Assembly (NCBI GenBank): GCA_905207625.1 | Contig: CAJLLT010000007.1 | Span: 19,358 to 83,357, forward strand | Source of the DNA: an uncultured Eubacteriales bacterium | GTDB lineage: Bacteria; Bacillota; Clostridia; Oscillospirales; UBA644 | Length of the DNA stretch: 64,000 nucleotides | Direction of reading: 5' to 3' | Shown: in pieces, positions 45,786-56,020 of the stretch | How positions within the stretch are numbered: the stretch's first letter is position 1 | How the letters are laid out: each line of letters opens with the position of its first letter | Program-made: the position numbers and the translations under genes | The notes under the pieces: generated by a model | Databases searched by the model: none | The model's input: only the letters and a program-made list of their open reading frames with translations | What the model was told of the DNA's origin: nothing

Positions 45786-46525
45786 TGTCAGGACAGAATT
45801 CTGAAAAACTTAATACAACTACCAAACCCGTCCATATTGCTTTTATTATGGACGGGAACGGTCGTTGGGCGAAAAAAAGAGGGCTGCCCCGGACATTCGG
45901 TCACGATGCGGGAACCAAAACCCTTGAAAAAATAATAAATTGCTGTTTTGACCGTGGAATTGAGTACATAACGTTTTACGCTTTTTCAACGGAAAACTGG
46001 TCCAGGCCAAAAAATGAAGTGGATCACCTGATGAAGCTTTTTGAGTCCTATCTGGACTATCTTATAAAAAAAACAGAGGGTTCCACCAGCGGCATTTACG
46101 CTTTGACCCGCCTGAGATTTATAGGAGACCTGACCGTTCTCAGCAACAGAGTTCAGGAAAAGATCGGTTTGCTTGAAAAAAGGAGCATGGTCGGTCCGCG
46201 CAGTATGACTTTGAGTATTGCCGTTAATTATGGCGGAAGAGATGACATTGTTCACGCTGTCAACCGTCTCATCGAAAGCGGTAACAGGACGAAAATAACC
46301 GCGGAGGATATTTCCGCGAACCTTTTCACCAGAGAGCTTCCCGACCCTGATCTGATAATCAGAACAGGAGGAGAAATGCGCCTTTCAAACTTTCTTTTGT
46401 GGCAGGCGGCATATACTGAGTTTTATTCGACCCACGTTCTGTGGCCGGACTTTTCCGGAGAGGACCTTGATAAGGCCATTTCGGATTTTTCCTCCAGAGA
46501 ACGCCGTTTCGGCAATATAAAATAA
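45785..46525 (+). CDS. uppS: isoprenyl transferase (undecaprenyl diphosphate synthase)
   Basis: HIAFIMDGNGRWA ... FSTENWSRP ... RTGGEMRLSNFLLWQ. Confidence 0.95.
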   Translation: MSGQNSEKLNTTTKPVHIAFIMDGNGRWAKKRGLPRTFGHDAGTKTLEKIINCCFDRGIEYITFYAFSTENWSRPKNEVDHLMKLFESYLDYLIKKTEGSTSGIYALTRLRFIGDLTVLSNRVQEKIGLLEKRSMVGPRSMTLSIAVNYGGRDDIVHAVNRLIESGNRTKITAEDISANLFTRELPDPDLIIRTGGEMRLSNFLLWQAAYTEFYSTHVLWPDFSGEDLDKAISDFSSRERRFGNIK

Positions 46526-46538
46526 CTTCGGAGTGTGT

Positions 46539-47390
46539 ATGAAAAACAGACTGATTTCAGCGGCAGTTATAATTGCGGTCTTTCTTGTTGCGGTTTTTAC
46601 TTCCTCGATTCCCTTTGTTCTCAGCGGAGTAGTCGCGCTTGTCTCTGCCGCGGCTCTTTATGAAGTACTGTCGGTAACAAAATACGCAGAGGGACGCGTT
46701 TTCAGAAATATCGGAACACTCTTTGCGGTTACCGTTCCTTTCCTTACGGAGCTGACTGCAACCCGGATCCTCGAAAAATATAACGTCAATTTTTCTGTAG
46801 TCGCACTGGCGGCAGTCTTCATCTATACACTCATTCTCTTCTGTACAATCCTTATAAGCAACGGGAAATACAGTTTTGAGCACCTTGGTACTGTATTCCT
46901 GATGTCCGTAATCATTCCCTTTTTCTTTTCCACAATAGTTTCCGTGAACCACAAAGAATACGGAATACTGTATGTAATACTCATGTTTCTCTGCTCCTGG
47001 GGCGCTGACACCGGAGGTTATATTTTCGGTTGTCTGTTCGGAAGAAAAAAATTCGCCCCGCATATCAGTCCGAAAAAGACATTCGCCGGAGTTATCGGAG
47101 CCCTGGCTACAGCGGTCTCCGTTTGCATACTGATAGGATACTGCGCCGGAAAGGTTGGAACCGTACCCGTTGACTACGTCAGTCTTGCAATTTGCGGTGT
47201 GGTGGGCGGAATGTGTGCAATTACCGGTGATCTTATTGCATCGATGATTAAAAGGAGTTTCGGAGTCAAGGATTTCGGTAATCTGATTCCCGGTCACGGA
47301 GGAATAATGGACAGATTTGATTCTGTGCTTTTCGCCTCCCCCGCCATTTATCTGATAATTACCGTTATGCCGGCTTTCGGTTCAAACTGA
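46539..47390 (+). CDS. cdsA: phosphatidate cytidylyltransferase
   Basis: Multi-TM ORF with the C-terminal signature SMIKRSFGVKDFGNLIPGHGGIMDRFDS. Confidence 0.9.
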   Translation: MKNRLISAAVIIAVFLVAVFTSSIPFVLSGVVALVSAAALYEVLSVTKYAEGRVFRNIGTLFAVTVPFLTELTATRILEKYNVNFSVVALAAVFIYTLILFCTILISNGKYSFEHLGTVFLMSVIIPFFFSTIVSVNHKEYGILYVILMFLCSWGADTGGYIFGCLFGRKKFAPHISPKKTFAGVIGALATAVSVCILIGYCAGKVGTVPVDYVSLAICGVVGGMCAITGDLIASMIKRSFGVKDFGNLIPGHGGIMDRFDSVLFASPAIYLIITVMPAFGSN

Positions 47391-47396
47391 CAAGAT

Positions 47397-48569
47397 ATGA
47401 AAAAACTGATTATTCTGGGCTCAACCGGTTCTATAGGGACTCAGACACTGGACTGTGTCAGGGCTCATCCGGATCTTTTCCGGGTCTCGGCTCTGTCCGC
47501 GGGAAAAAACATCGACCTTCTGGAAAAACAGATCCGTGAATTCTCCCCCTCTTTTGTCGCAGTGGCGGATACTTCCTGTGCCATAAGATTATCCGAAAGA
47601 ATAGCGGACACATCCACTGTTGTCCTTTCCGGAGAAAATGGGATTCTCCGGCTCATGGATGAAACAGAATCGGACATGGTTGTCAACGGAATAGTAGGCA
47701 TGGCGGGAATGATGCCGACTTATCACGCCGTGAGCAAGGGAATTACCGTCGCTCTGGCAAACAAGGAAAGTATGGTTGTTGCCGGGAATATCATTATGGA
47801 ACTTTCCCGGCGCAATAACGTCAGAATACTGCCGGTTGACAGCGAGCATTCAGCCATTTTTCAGTGTCTGAACGGTATTTGTCCTACAGAAGACGATATC
47901 TCCGGAAATGACAGCCGGAAAAAGCTGAAGAAAATCATCCTTACAGCCTCCGGCGGCGCGTTTTTCGGAAAAAGCGATGACGAACTCCGGAATATGAAGG
48001 CTGCCGACGCACTCAGACATCCCAACTGGTCCATGGGGGCAAAGATAACCATAGACTGTGCCACGATGTTCAACAAAGGATTTGAAATTCTGGAGGCTGC
48101 GCATATTTTTGACCTGCCGCCGGATAGAATAGAAGTGTTGATACACCGGGAAAGCGTGATTCATTCCATGATCTGCTTTTGTGACAATTCTGTTCTTGCC
48201 CAGCTTGGTGTTCCGGATATGAGGGTACCGATTCAGTACGCCCTGACATACCCGTCAAGGCTTGAGAGTCCCGCAAAAGAACTTGATCTTGTGCAAACAG
48301 CAAAATTGACATTTTTCCGGCCTGATGCCAGGTCTCAGAGAGTAATGGACCTTTGCCGCAACGCTTTCAATTGCAGAGGGACTGCGACCGCCGTGCTCAA
48401 TGCGGCGAATGAATGTGCGGTTGAGGAGTTTCTTAAAGGCAATATCCCGTTTACGGAGATCGCCGACCGGGTTGAATCTGCCCTGATTGCCCATAATAAC
48501 ATATCAGATCCAACCATTGAACAGATAATTCAGGCGGACATCGATACCCGTCATACTGTTTTCAGATAA
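47397..48569 (+). CDS. dxr: 1-deoxy-D-xylulose 5-phosphate reductoisomerase
   Basis: ILGSTGSIGTQTLD ... LANKESMV ... PVDSEHSAIFQC. Confidence 0.95.
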   Translation: MKKLIILGSTGSIGTQTLDCVRAHPDLFRVSALSAGKNIDLLEKQIREFSPSFVAVADTSCAIRLSERIADTSTVVLSGENGILRLMDETESDMVVNGIVGMAGMMPTYHAVSKGITVALANKESMVVAGNIIMELSRRNNVRILPVDSEHSAIFQCLNGICPTEDDISGNDSRKKLKKIILTASGGAFFGKSDDELRNMKAADALRHPNWSMGAKITIDCATMFNKGFEILEAAHIFDLPPDRIEVLIHRESVIHSMICFCDNSVLAQLGVPDMRVPIQYALTYPSRLESPAKELDLVQTAKLTFFRPDARSQRVMDLCRNAFNCRGTATAVLNAANECAVEEFLKGNIPFTEIADRVESALIAHNNISDPTIEQIIQADIDTRHTVFR

Positions 48570-48582
48570 AGGAGAGTAGGAA

Positions 48583-49623
48583 ATGCAAGCGGTTGTCAAT
48601 GTATTACTGCAAATACTTTATACCGTTCTCGTGTTCGGTTTTCTCATTTTTGTTCACGAATTCGGTCATTTTTTCACTGCAAAACTGTTTAAGGTAAAAG
48701 TCAATGAGTTCGCCCTCGGCATGGGACCGGCAATTTTTAAAAAGCAGAAAGGCGATACGACTTACGCCGTCAGGGCCTTCCCCATCGGCGGTTTTGTTCA
48801 GATGGAGGGCGAGGACGAAGCAAGTGACGATCCGAATGCTTTCGGAAATAAGCCTGCCTGGCAAAGATTCATAATTGTTGCCGCAGGCGCACTGATGAAC
48901 ATTGTATTCGGTCTGATATTTACCGCTGTAATTGTTTGCAACGCTCAGCTTAAATCCTGCACCGTGAGCCAGTTTTATGACGGAGCAAAATCCTCTGAAT
49001 ACGGCTTGCAGGTCGGTGATACCATACTAACCATCGATGGCAAAAAAATCGGAACGTACATGGATATTCAGACGGCATTTTCCATGACTTACAATAAAGA
49101 CAGCATTGATATTGAAGTCAGACGGGACGGTCAGAAAGTTCTTCTTGAAAACGTGGAATTTATTAAGACTCAGGTCCAGGATCTCACGATACTGACCCGG
49201 GACTTCGACCTTGCCGATGAAAGCCGGACCTTCGGCAACCTGTTCAGACATACCGTCAGAACAACATTTTCATTTATAACAATGACCTATGATACACTCG
49301 GAGACCTCATAACCGGCAAGGTTTCGGTTAAATATGTTTCCGGACCTATAGGAGCATCCACGACTATTGTTGAAGCGGCAAACAGCGGTATTTTAACACT
49401 TCTTATGCTTATGGCAATGCTCTCCGCAAACCTTGCCGTAGTGAATATTCTTCCCCTCCCCGCTCTCGACGGCGGAAGGCTTCTGTTCATTCTGATTGAA
49501 ATGATATTCCGCAAACCCGTACCGAAAAAGGCAGAAGCGATAGTACATTTTGTAGGAATAATCATTCTTTTCGCACTGATGATTGTCATCGCCTTCAAAG
49601 ATATTCTGATGCTGATTTTATGA
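48583..49623 (+). CDS. rseP: RIP metalloprotease RseP (M50 family)
   Basis: HEFGHF zinc motif, a PDZ region, and the C-terminal motif LPLPALDGG. Confidence 0.9.
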   Translation: MQAVVNVLLQILYTVLVFGFLIFVHEFGHFFTAKLFKVKVNEFALGMGPAIFKKQKGDTTYAVRAFPIGGFVQMEGEDEASDDPNAFGNKPAWQRFIIVAAGALMNIVFGLIFTAVIVCNAQLKSCTVSQFYDGAKSSEYGLQVGDTILTIDGKKIGTYMDIQTAFSMTYNKDSIDIEVRRDGQKVLLENVEFIKTQVQDLTILTRDFDLADESRTFGNLFRHTVRTTFSFITMTYDTLGDLITGKVSVKYVSGPIGASTTIVEAANSGILTLLMLMAMLSANLAVVNILPLPALDGGRLLFILIEMIFRKPVPKKAEAIVHFVGIIILFALMIVIAFKDILMLIL

Positions 49624-50690
49624 TGAGAAACTATAAAGAGATCAGAATCGGAAACGTCCGCATCGGCGCAGATAATCCGATTGCTGTGCAGTCAATGTGC
49701 AACGTCCCGTTCAGTCGGTTTGATGAGTTGAAAACACAGGCATTGCAACTTCAGAATGCCGGTTGCGATATTTTGCGGGTTTCGGTTCCGGATGAGGATT
49801 CAGCCCGTCTGTTCAGAGAACTGAAACGTACTCTGTCAATTCCCCTTGTTGCGGACATACATTTCAGTTACAAACTGGCTCTGGCGTCAATTGATGCCGG
49901 CGCGGATAAAATCCGGATAAACCCGGGAAATCTTGAACGGGATAAGATCAGGGTCGTTGCCGATGCCGCAAGAAAAGCGGGAATTCCGATTAGGGTCGGT
50001 ATTAACAGCGGCTCGCTGGAAAAACGTCTGCTGGCGAAATACGGCTCTCCTACCGCAGCGGCTTTGGCGGAAAGTGCCCTTGACAACGTAAAATTGCTTG
50101 AAGACTGTGACTTTTCGGATATTGCCGTATCAATCAAGAGTTCCGATGTGAGACTCACTGTCGAGGCATATAAGGCATTCGACGAACTGAACGTGAACAG
50201 ATATCCGCTACATATCGGTGTGACCGAAGCTGGAACTCTCCGTACGGGACTGATAAAAGGGTCTGCCGGAATAGGTGCACTTCTGCTTCAGGGAATAGGA
50301 AGCACTATACGGTACTCACTGACAGCCGATCCGATAGAGGAGATTCACGCAGCGAAAACTCTGCTCCGGGCTCTTGGTCTGAATGATACCGGGATTGAAG
50401 TAATTTCCTGCCCGACCTGCGGAAGGACCACTGTAGATTCCGTCAGGCTTGCAAACCGCATAGAGACGGAGTTTTCCCATATCAAAAAGCATCTGAAAAT
50501 TGCAGTCATGGGTTGCGTGGTAAACGGTATCGGCGAAGCCCGTGAGGCGGATTTCGGAGTTACCGGAGCCAACGGACTTTATGTTCTGTTTCAGAAAGCC
50601 GGTGACGGCACGGTGAAGATACTCCGGGACAAGATCCGTGAAGATGAGATCTTTTCCGTAATAGAAAAACAGATACAATCAATGCTTTGA
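49620..50690 (+). CDS. ispG: 4-hydroxy-3-methylbut-2-en-1-yl diphosphate synthase
   Basis: VQSMCN ... LRVSVP ... RINPGN ... SCPTCGR ... MGCVVNGIGE. Confidence 0.95.
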   Translation: MMRNYKEIRIGNVRIGADNPIAVQSMCNVPFSRFDELKTQALQLQNAGCDILRVSVPDEDSARLFRELKRTLSIPLVADIHFSYKLALASIDAGADKIRINPGNLERDKIRVVADAARKAGIPIRVGINSGSLEKRLLAKYGSPTAAALAESALDNVKLLEDCDFSDIAVSIKSSDVRLTVEAYKAFDELNVNRYPLHIGVTEAGTLRTGLIKGSAGIGALLLQGIGSTIRYSLTADPIEEIHAAKTLLRALGLNDTGIEVISCPTCGRTTVDSVRLANRIETEFSHIKKHLKIAVMGCVVNGIGEAREADFGVTGANGLYVLFQKAGDGTVKILRDKIREDEIFSVIEKQIQSML

Positions 50691-50714
50691 TCATAAACAA
50701 CAGAGAGGTTTAAA

Positions 50715-53381
50715 ATGAGCAATTCCGACCGGATACAGTCCCCCCTGGCTGAAAAAGGGATGCGTCGTTTTTTCAAGAATAATTTTTATTGTATTCTCTC
50801 CTTTGCCGTGCCCTTCGTTATTATGTTTACGGTATATGCGGCGGCAGGAGTCCATCCTTTCGGTTCAAATCAAATACTGGTGACTGATTTCTGGCACCAG
50901 TATTATCCGTTTTTGTCTGAAATGCAGTCAAAACTTCAGCAGGGCGGTTCCCTTCTCTACTCATGGAATACCGGTCTCGGTTCCAACTTTCTTGCGATAA
51001 TTGCTTATTACTGTACAAGCCCGCTTAACTTCCTCACGATTCTTGTTCCTAAGGAATGGCTGAGGGAAGCCGTAACGCTTTTTGTTATAACAAAGATCAG
51101 CTGCGCCGGGCTTTTCATGTCTGTTTTCCTGAAAAAATCCTATAAAAAGAACGGACCTGAATTGCTTCTGTTCTCCCTCGGTTATGCCCTTTGCAGTTTT
51201 ATGGTGGGCTATTCCTGGAATATAATGTGGCTTGATTCGGTGGCTCTGCTGCCCCTTGTGGTTCTCGGAATCCGTTCACTGTTTTTTGAAAAGAAGTACA
51301 AGCTCTATATAATAGCCCTGGCTCTTGCGGTAATTTCGAATTACTATATGGGCTTCATGATATGTGTTTTCACTGCCCTGTACTTTTTTATGCTCAATGC
51401 CGCAAATACGGTCCGGGCAAAGGATTTCTTCACCGGACTCGTCCGTATCGGCTGGGCATCTCTTATTGCGGTGGCAATGACCGCTGTTGTCCTTTTGCCC
51501 GCATATCTTGCCCTGCAACTGGCTTACCAGTCTCCGAGCAAACCGTCCCTTTTCCAGTTATATGAGAGTTTTACCGACATTCTCGCAAAATTTACACCGT
51601 TTGAAGCTCCGACAGCCAAAGAAGGACTTCCGAATATCTACTCCGGAGCATTGGCTCTCCTTTCCGGTTCGGTATTTCTTGTATCGGACAGATATAAAAC
51701 AAGGGAAAAAATATCCTACGTATCCCTTCTTGTTTTCCTGCTGATTTGTTGCAATTTCAAATATCTCAACTTCCTCTGGCACGGGGCTCATATCCCGAAT
51801 ATGCTGCCTTACAGATTCTCGTTCCTCATATCATTCCTTCTCGTGGAAATTGCGTTCAAAGCTTTCTGCACCATGCTTGACGAAGGTGTGAAACGGATCC
51901 ACCTTCTCGCCATTGCCGTAACGGCAGTACTTTACCAGACGCTTGCCTTTGTCTATAACGCAAGAGGCGCGGCAATCGGATGTCTTGTAATGTTCCTTTT
52001 GTATGTGGTGGTATTCTGCCTCTGGAACATGGAAACGGAAGCAAAAGTTCGTATTCCCCGTTCGTGCATGTCGGTTGCGCTTACGATTTTTGTGGTGGCG
52101 GAAGCGGCGGCATCCACAGGGCTCGGCATCGCCGAGGTCAGGGTATCGGATTATACGACATACCCGGCGTACTACTCAACAGTCAAGCCTCTGATCGACC
52201 TGGTTCACGAGGATCAGAGTTTCCAGAGGACGGAAACGACCAAAACATATACTCTCAATGATCCCGTTCTGTACTCTTACCGGGGAGTATCTCAGTTTTC
52301 CTCCACGGCAGTGGTGAATGTCACAACTTTCCTGAAAAATCTCGGACTTTCCGCCGCAGAGAACGCAAACAGATACTATTACTCCAGCACTTCGGAATTC
52401 GTCAACTCGGCTTTCGGAATAAAATACCTTATTGCCAAAGACGGTTTCTTTGCGGATTCCCTGCACTTCAAACGTGTGGCTTCCGAAGAGTATTCCTCCC
52501 TGTACGAAAACATATATACCCTTCCCATAGGATATATGACGGATCGTAATATAAGAGATTATACAGGTAAGGCCGACACCTGCTTTGCGGTTCAGAACGA
52601 TCTGTTTACCCGCATGACAGGAATTGACAGAGATCTTTTCCTGATGCTTACCCCCACAGAGGAAAGTTCAGTGGGAATAAGCCTGTACCGGTACTCGGAA
52701 GGTAAGTTTTCATACCTGGATAACGGGTCAGGGGCAGGAGTCTTCAGTACAACGGTGACATATACCATGCCTGCGGACGGAGTCCTTTATGTCTATACCT
52801 CTGCCGGAAACGATTCCACTTCCGTAATGATAACCGGGGACGTGGATCAGGCATCAAAATCCTTCTCCCTCGACACTATGCGCCCGGCAATGTTTGCGGC
52901 GGGAACATTCAAAGCCGGCGAAAAAGTCACCCTGACAAACTATTTCGATGAAGGAGCTTCCGGGACTCTTACGCAGTATGTTGCCGTTATGGACGAACCG
53001 GTGTTCCGCGCGGGATACGACAGTCTCCGTGACGAGGGGCTCGAGGTAACCGACTATTCCGATACATCTCTGAAAGGAACCGTTTCGGTCAGAAAACCGG
53101 GAACAATGTTCCTTACCGTACCCTATGAAAAGGGCTGGTCGCTGTATGTCAACGGAGAAAAGACTGAGATTGACCCGATTCTCGGAACCTTTATCGCAGT
53201 TGATCTTGATACCGGGGACTATGAGATAGAACTGAAATACTCCCCTGACGGGTTCCGTACCGGTGCTGTTATATCCGTGTCGGCGATACTGATCTTTGCC
53301 GCGATCTGTGTGACGGATACGGTAATAAAAAGGAAGAAAAAAGACGGGAACTCTCCCGCCGGAAACGAAGGAAAGGAATAA
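50715..53381 (+). CDS. yfhO: YfhO-family (GT-C type) membrane glycosyltransferase
   Basis: 888 aa ORF with about 13 N-terminal TM helices, a large extracytoplasmic domain and a C-terminal TM helix, which is the YfhO architecture. Confidence 0.8.
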   Translation: MSNSDRIQSPLAEKGMRRFFKNNFYCILSFAVPFVIMFTVYAAAGVHPFGSNQILVTDFWHQYYPFLSEMQSKLQQGGSLLYSWNTGLGSNFLAIIAYYCTSPLNFLTILVPKEWLREAVTLFVITKISCAGLFMSVFLKKSYKKNGPELLLFSLGYALCSFMVGYSWNIMWLDSVALLPLVVLGIRSLFFEKKYKLYIIALALAVISNYYMGFMICVFTALYFFMLNAANTVRAKDFFTGLVRIGWASLIAVAMTAVVLLPAYLALQLAYQSPSKPSLFQLYESFTDILAKFTPFEAPTAKEGLPNIYSGALALLSGSVFLVSDRYKTREKISYVSLLVFLLICCNFKYLNFLWHGAHIPNMLPYRFSFLISFLLVEIAFKAFCTMLDEGVKRIHLLAIAVTAVLYQTLAFVYNARGAAIGCLVMFLLYVVVFCLWNMETEAKVRIPRSCMSVALTIFVVAEAAASTGLGIAEVRVSDYTTYPAYYSTVKPLIDLVHEDQSFQRTETTKTYTLNDPVLYSYRGVSQFSSTAVVNVTTFLKNLGLSAAENANRYYYSSTSEFVNSAFGIKYLIAKDGFFADSLHFKRVASEEYSSLYENIYTLPIGYMTDRNIRDYTGKADTCFAVQNDLFTRMTGIDRDLFLMLTPTEESSVGISLYRYSEGKFSYLDNGSGAGVFSTTVTYTMPADGVLYVYTSAGNDSTSVMITGDVDQASKSFSLDTMRPAMFAAGTFKAGEKVTLTNYFDEGASGTLTQYVAVMDEPVFRAGYDSLRDEGLEVTDYSDTSLKGTVSVRKPGTMFLTVPYEKGWSLYVNGEKTEIDPILGTFIAVDLDTGDYEIELKYSPDGFRTGAVISVSAILIFAAICVTDTVIKRKKKDGNSPAGNEGKE

Positions 53382-53386
53382 TCCCG

Positions 53387-54328
53387 ATGGACGTTATTTC
53401 CGTTATTGTTCCCTGCTTTAATGAGGAAGAAAGTCTCCCGCTCTTTTATGACGAAATCACCCGTGTCGCTTCCGAAATGCCGGAGGTCCGGTTCGAGGTC
53501 ATAGTTGTTGACGACGGTTCAAAGGATAAAACCGTTGAAGTCGCCCGGCAACTATGCAAAAAAGACGACCGCTTCCGCTATATCTCATTCTCCCGGAATT
53601 TCGGCAAGGAGTCTGCGATGTATGCGGGACTGCAAGCCTGCACCGGAGATTATGCCGTAGTCATCGATGCGGATCTGCAGCATCCGCCGAAGTATATCAA
53701 ACAAATGTATTCGGAGATCCTCAGCGAAGGCTGGGATTGCGTTGCCATGCGCAGGGTAAGCCGTGAGGGTGAGCCGAAGCTCCGCTCTTTCTTCTCCCGT
53801 ATGTTTTATAAACTCATGGCAAAGATCTCCGGCACGGAGGTCGTGGACGGTGCGTGCGACTACCGGCTCATGTGCCGACGGATGGTTGACGCGGTATTGT
53901 CCGTAGCGGAAAGAAACCGCTTTTCCAAGGGCATTTTCTCCTGGGTCGGATTCAGGACAAAATGGCTGGAGTTTGAAAACGTTGAACGGGTTGCGGGAAC
54001 GACAAAATGGTCCTTCCGGAAACTTCTGATGTACTCCTTTGACGGAATAACGGCGTTTTCCACTACCCCGCTTTATATATCCTCCTTTGTGGGATTTATT
54101 TTCTGCGCCGTTGCCTTTATCTGGATGCTGGTGTATATAATCAAGACCCTGATATGGGGTGACCCGGTTCCGGGGTTCCCGACGCTGGCATGTCTGATAC
54201 TGTTTATAGGCGGAATTCAGCTGCTCGTCATCGGCGTTCTGGGACAGTATCTCGCAAAAACCTATATTGAAACCAAGCACAGACCCATATATATCGTTCG
54301 GGAAACGGAAGAAGATCTGAAAAAATGA
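53387..54328 (+). CDS. GT2 polyprenyl-phosphate glycosyltransferase (CsbB/GtrB-like)
   Basis: ISVIVPCFNEEES ... VVDDGSKD ... IDADLQHPP, plus two C-terminal TM helices. Confidence 0.9.
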   Translation: MDVISVIVPCFNEEESLPLFYDEITRVASEMPEVRFEVIVVDDGSKDKTVEVARQLCKKDDRFRYISFSRNFGKESAMYAGLQACTGDYAVVIDADLQHPPKYIKQMYSEILSEGWDCVAMRRVSREGEPKLRSFFSRMFYKLMAKISGTEVVDGACDYRLMCRRMVDAVLSVAERNRFSKGIFSWVGFRTKWLEFENVERVAGTTKWSFRKLLMYSFDGITAFSTTPLYISSFVGFIFCAVAFIWMLVYIIKTLIWGDPVPGFPTLACLILFIGGIQLLVIGVLGQYLAKTYIETKHRPIYIVRETEEDLKK

Positions 54329-54831
54329 AGCTGATTGAAAAAATCAAAACTCTCTTTGACGCGAAGCTCCTTAAATTTATTATCGTAGGCGTAATAAATA
54401 CCCTTGTGGGTACAGCCATTATGTTCGGGCTTTATAATCTGATTCTTCCGGCTCTGGGCTGGTTCCCGGCGGAAAAATCCTACGATATTGCGGTTTTCGG
54501 TCACAGTTTCACTATAACCGACCTGAATTTCTGGATTGCCTCGGCGGCAAACTATATCCTGACAAGTATCCTCAGCTTCATTCTCAACAAGCATTTCACC
54601 TTCAAAAATAAGGAACGCTCCTTTGCGGTAGTGGTCAGATTCGTACTGAATATCGCCGTATGCTATATCCTCGCCTACGGGATTGCCAAACCTCTTACGG
54701 TTGCGTTGCTCTCCGGATGCTCCCAGAAGGTTCAGTCCAATATAGCAATGCTCGTCGGTATGTGCTTCTTCACCGGATTCAATTACCTCGGTCAGAGGCT
54801 CTTTGCTTTCAGGGATAAAACCGAATCCTGA
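54325..54831 (+). CDS. GtrA-family membrane protein (putative lipid-linked sugar flippase)
   Basis: 168 aa ORF with four TM helices and the N-terminus LLKFIIVGVINTLVG. Its ATG overlaps the upstream stop. Confidence 0.85.
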   Translation: MKLIEKIKTLFDAKLLKFIIVGVINTLVGTAIMFGLYNLILPALGWFPAEKSYDIAVFGHSFTITDLNFWIASAANYILTSILSFILNKHFTFKNKERSFAVVVRFVLNIAVCYILAYGIAKPLTVALLSGCSQKVQSNIAMLVGMCFFTGFNYLGQRLFAFRDKTES

Positions 54832-54855
54832 AATCCGAAAATAAAGATACATAAA

Positions 54856-54890
54856 CCCCGAAGACAAGCCGGTCTCCGGGGCTTTCTCTT
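54856..54890 (+). terminator. probable terminator after the glycosylation module
   Basis: CCCCGAAGAC/GTCTCCGGGG stem with one mismatch, followed by a pyrimidine-rich tail. Confidence 0.45.
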
Positions 54891-55019
54891 TCTTCTCAGA
54901 CCTCACGTCCGAAAATAATTCCAAAAAAATAACGATAAGATACAGTGTGTATGGATTAACGCTTGTGTTAAAATGTGCATTAACCGTTTATACTATGTAC
55001 AGTAAAAACAAAGTCGAAA

Positions 55020-55346
55020 ATGGGTGATGTAATGATAGACAAGCGTATCGGCAAACGTATAAAAAAATGCCGGGAAAAACTCGGGCTGACACAGGAGGAT
55101 TTCGCCGAAAAGACCGGACTGTCCGTCAATTACATTTCCACGGTGGAGCGTGGCGGCTCATTTCCCCGCTGCGAAAGACTTATAACAATAATAAACGGTT
55201 TGGAAACATCTGCCGATGCCATATTCTGCGATGTAATCAACGCTTCTACAGGATATAAAGAAAACGAAATCAGCAAAAGGCTGGCAGATATGCCTCCGGA
55301 AGAACAAAAAAGAATACTCGAGATGCTTGACAAGTTAACAGATTAA
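55020..55346 (+). CDS. XRE-family helix-turn-helix transcriptional regulator
   Basis: 108 aa ORF: IKKCREKLGLTQEDFAEKTGLSVNYISTVERG. The start could instead be the ATG at 55032. Confidence 0.85.
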   Translation: MGDVMIDKRIGKRIKKCREKLGLTQEDFAEKTGLSVNYISTVERGGSFPRCERLITIINGLETSADAIFCDVINASTGYKENEISKRLADMPPEEQKRILEMLDKLTD

Positions 55347-55398
55347 GTCTACAGATAAATATAAAGATATACACATAATTTTAAGGAGAACAAAATAC

Positions 55399-55890
55399 AT
55401 GAAGAACTGCTGTTTTACCGGTCATAGACCCAAATCCCTCCCCTTCGGATATAATGAAAGCGAACCTGAATGCCGGAGAATGAAAGACCGGCTGAGAGAA
55501 ACCGTGGAAAAACTTATTACTGAGGAAGGTGTGACCCATTTCATAAGCGGAATGGCTATGGGGGTGGATATGTATGCGGCGGAGGAAGTCCTTGCGCTGA
55601 AAGAAAAATATCCGCATATTACTCTGGAATGTGCTCTCCCCTGTGAAACACAGGCCGAAAAGTGGTCCGAGGATATGAGAGTCCGATATTTCGGAATAAT
55701 CGAAAAATCCGACAAAGAAACACTCTTGCAGAACCGATACACGAACGATTGCATGATGAAACGGAACAGGTATATGGTGGACAATTGTGACGTACTGGTT
55801 GCCGTCTGGAACGGAAAGAAAAGCGGCACCGCCAACACTGTTAATTACGCTCTTGCAACGGGTAAGAGAGTGATCGTTATTGATCCGTAG
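55399..55890 (+). CDS. SLOG-family protein (DUF1273, YpsA-like)
   Basis: 163 aa ORF: MKNCCFTGHRPK ... FISGMAMGVDMYAAE ... DVLVAVWNGKKSGTANTV. Confidence 0.8.
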   Translation: MKNCCFTGHRPKSLPFGYNESEPECRRMKDRLRETVEKLITEEGVTHFISGMAMGVDMYAAEEVLALKEKYPHITLECALPCETQAEKWSEDMRVRYFGIIEKSDKETLLQNRYTNDCMMKRNRYMVDNCDVLVAVWNGKKSGTANTVNYALATGKRVIVIDP

Positions 55891-55962
55891 AACTTGACTT
55901 AGTTGCAATTCAGATTCATTTTGGGGTTTTGGCCGCACCCGCAGTGGGGTTTATCACTGAGG

Positions 55963-55992
55963 AAAATACCCGGTCCTCGGACCGGGTATTTT
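55963..55992. terminator. bidirectional hairpin terminator
   Basis: AAAATACCCGGTC-CTCG-GACCGGGTATTTT, between convergent genes. Confidence 0.8.
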
Positions 55993-56020
55993 CTTTTATT
56001 GAGTAGGATAAGAACCTTTG

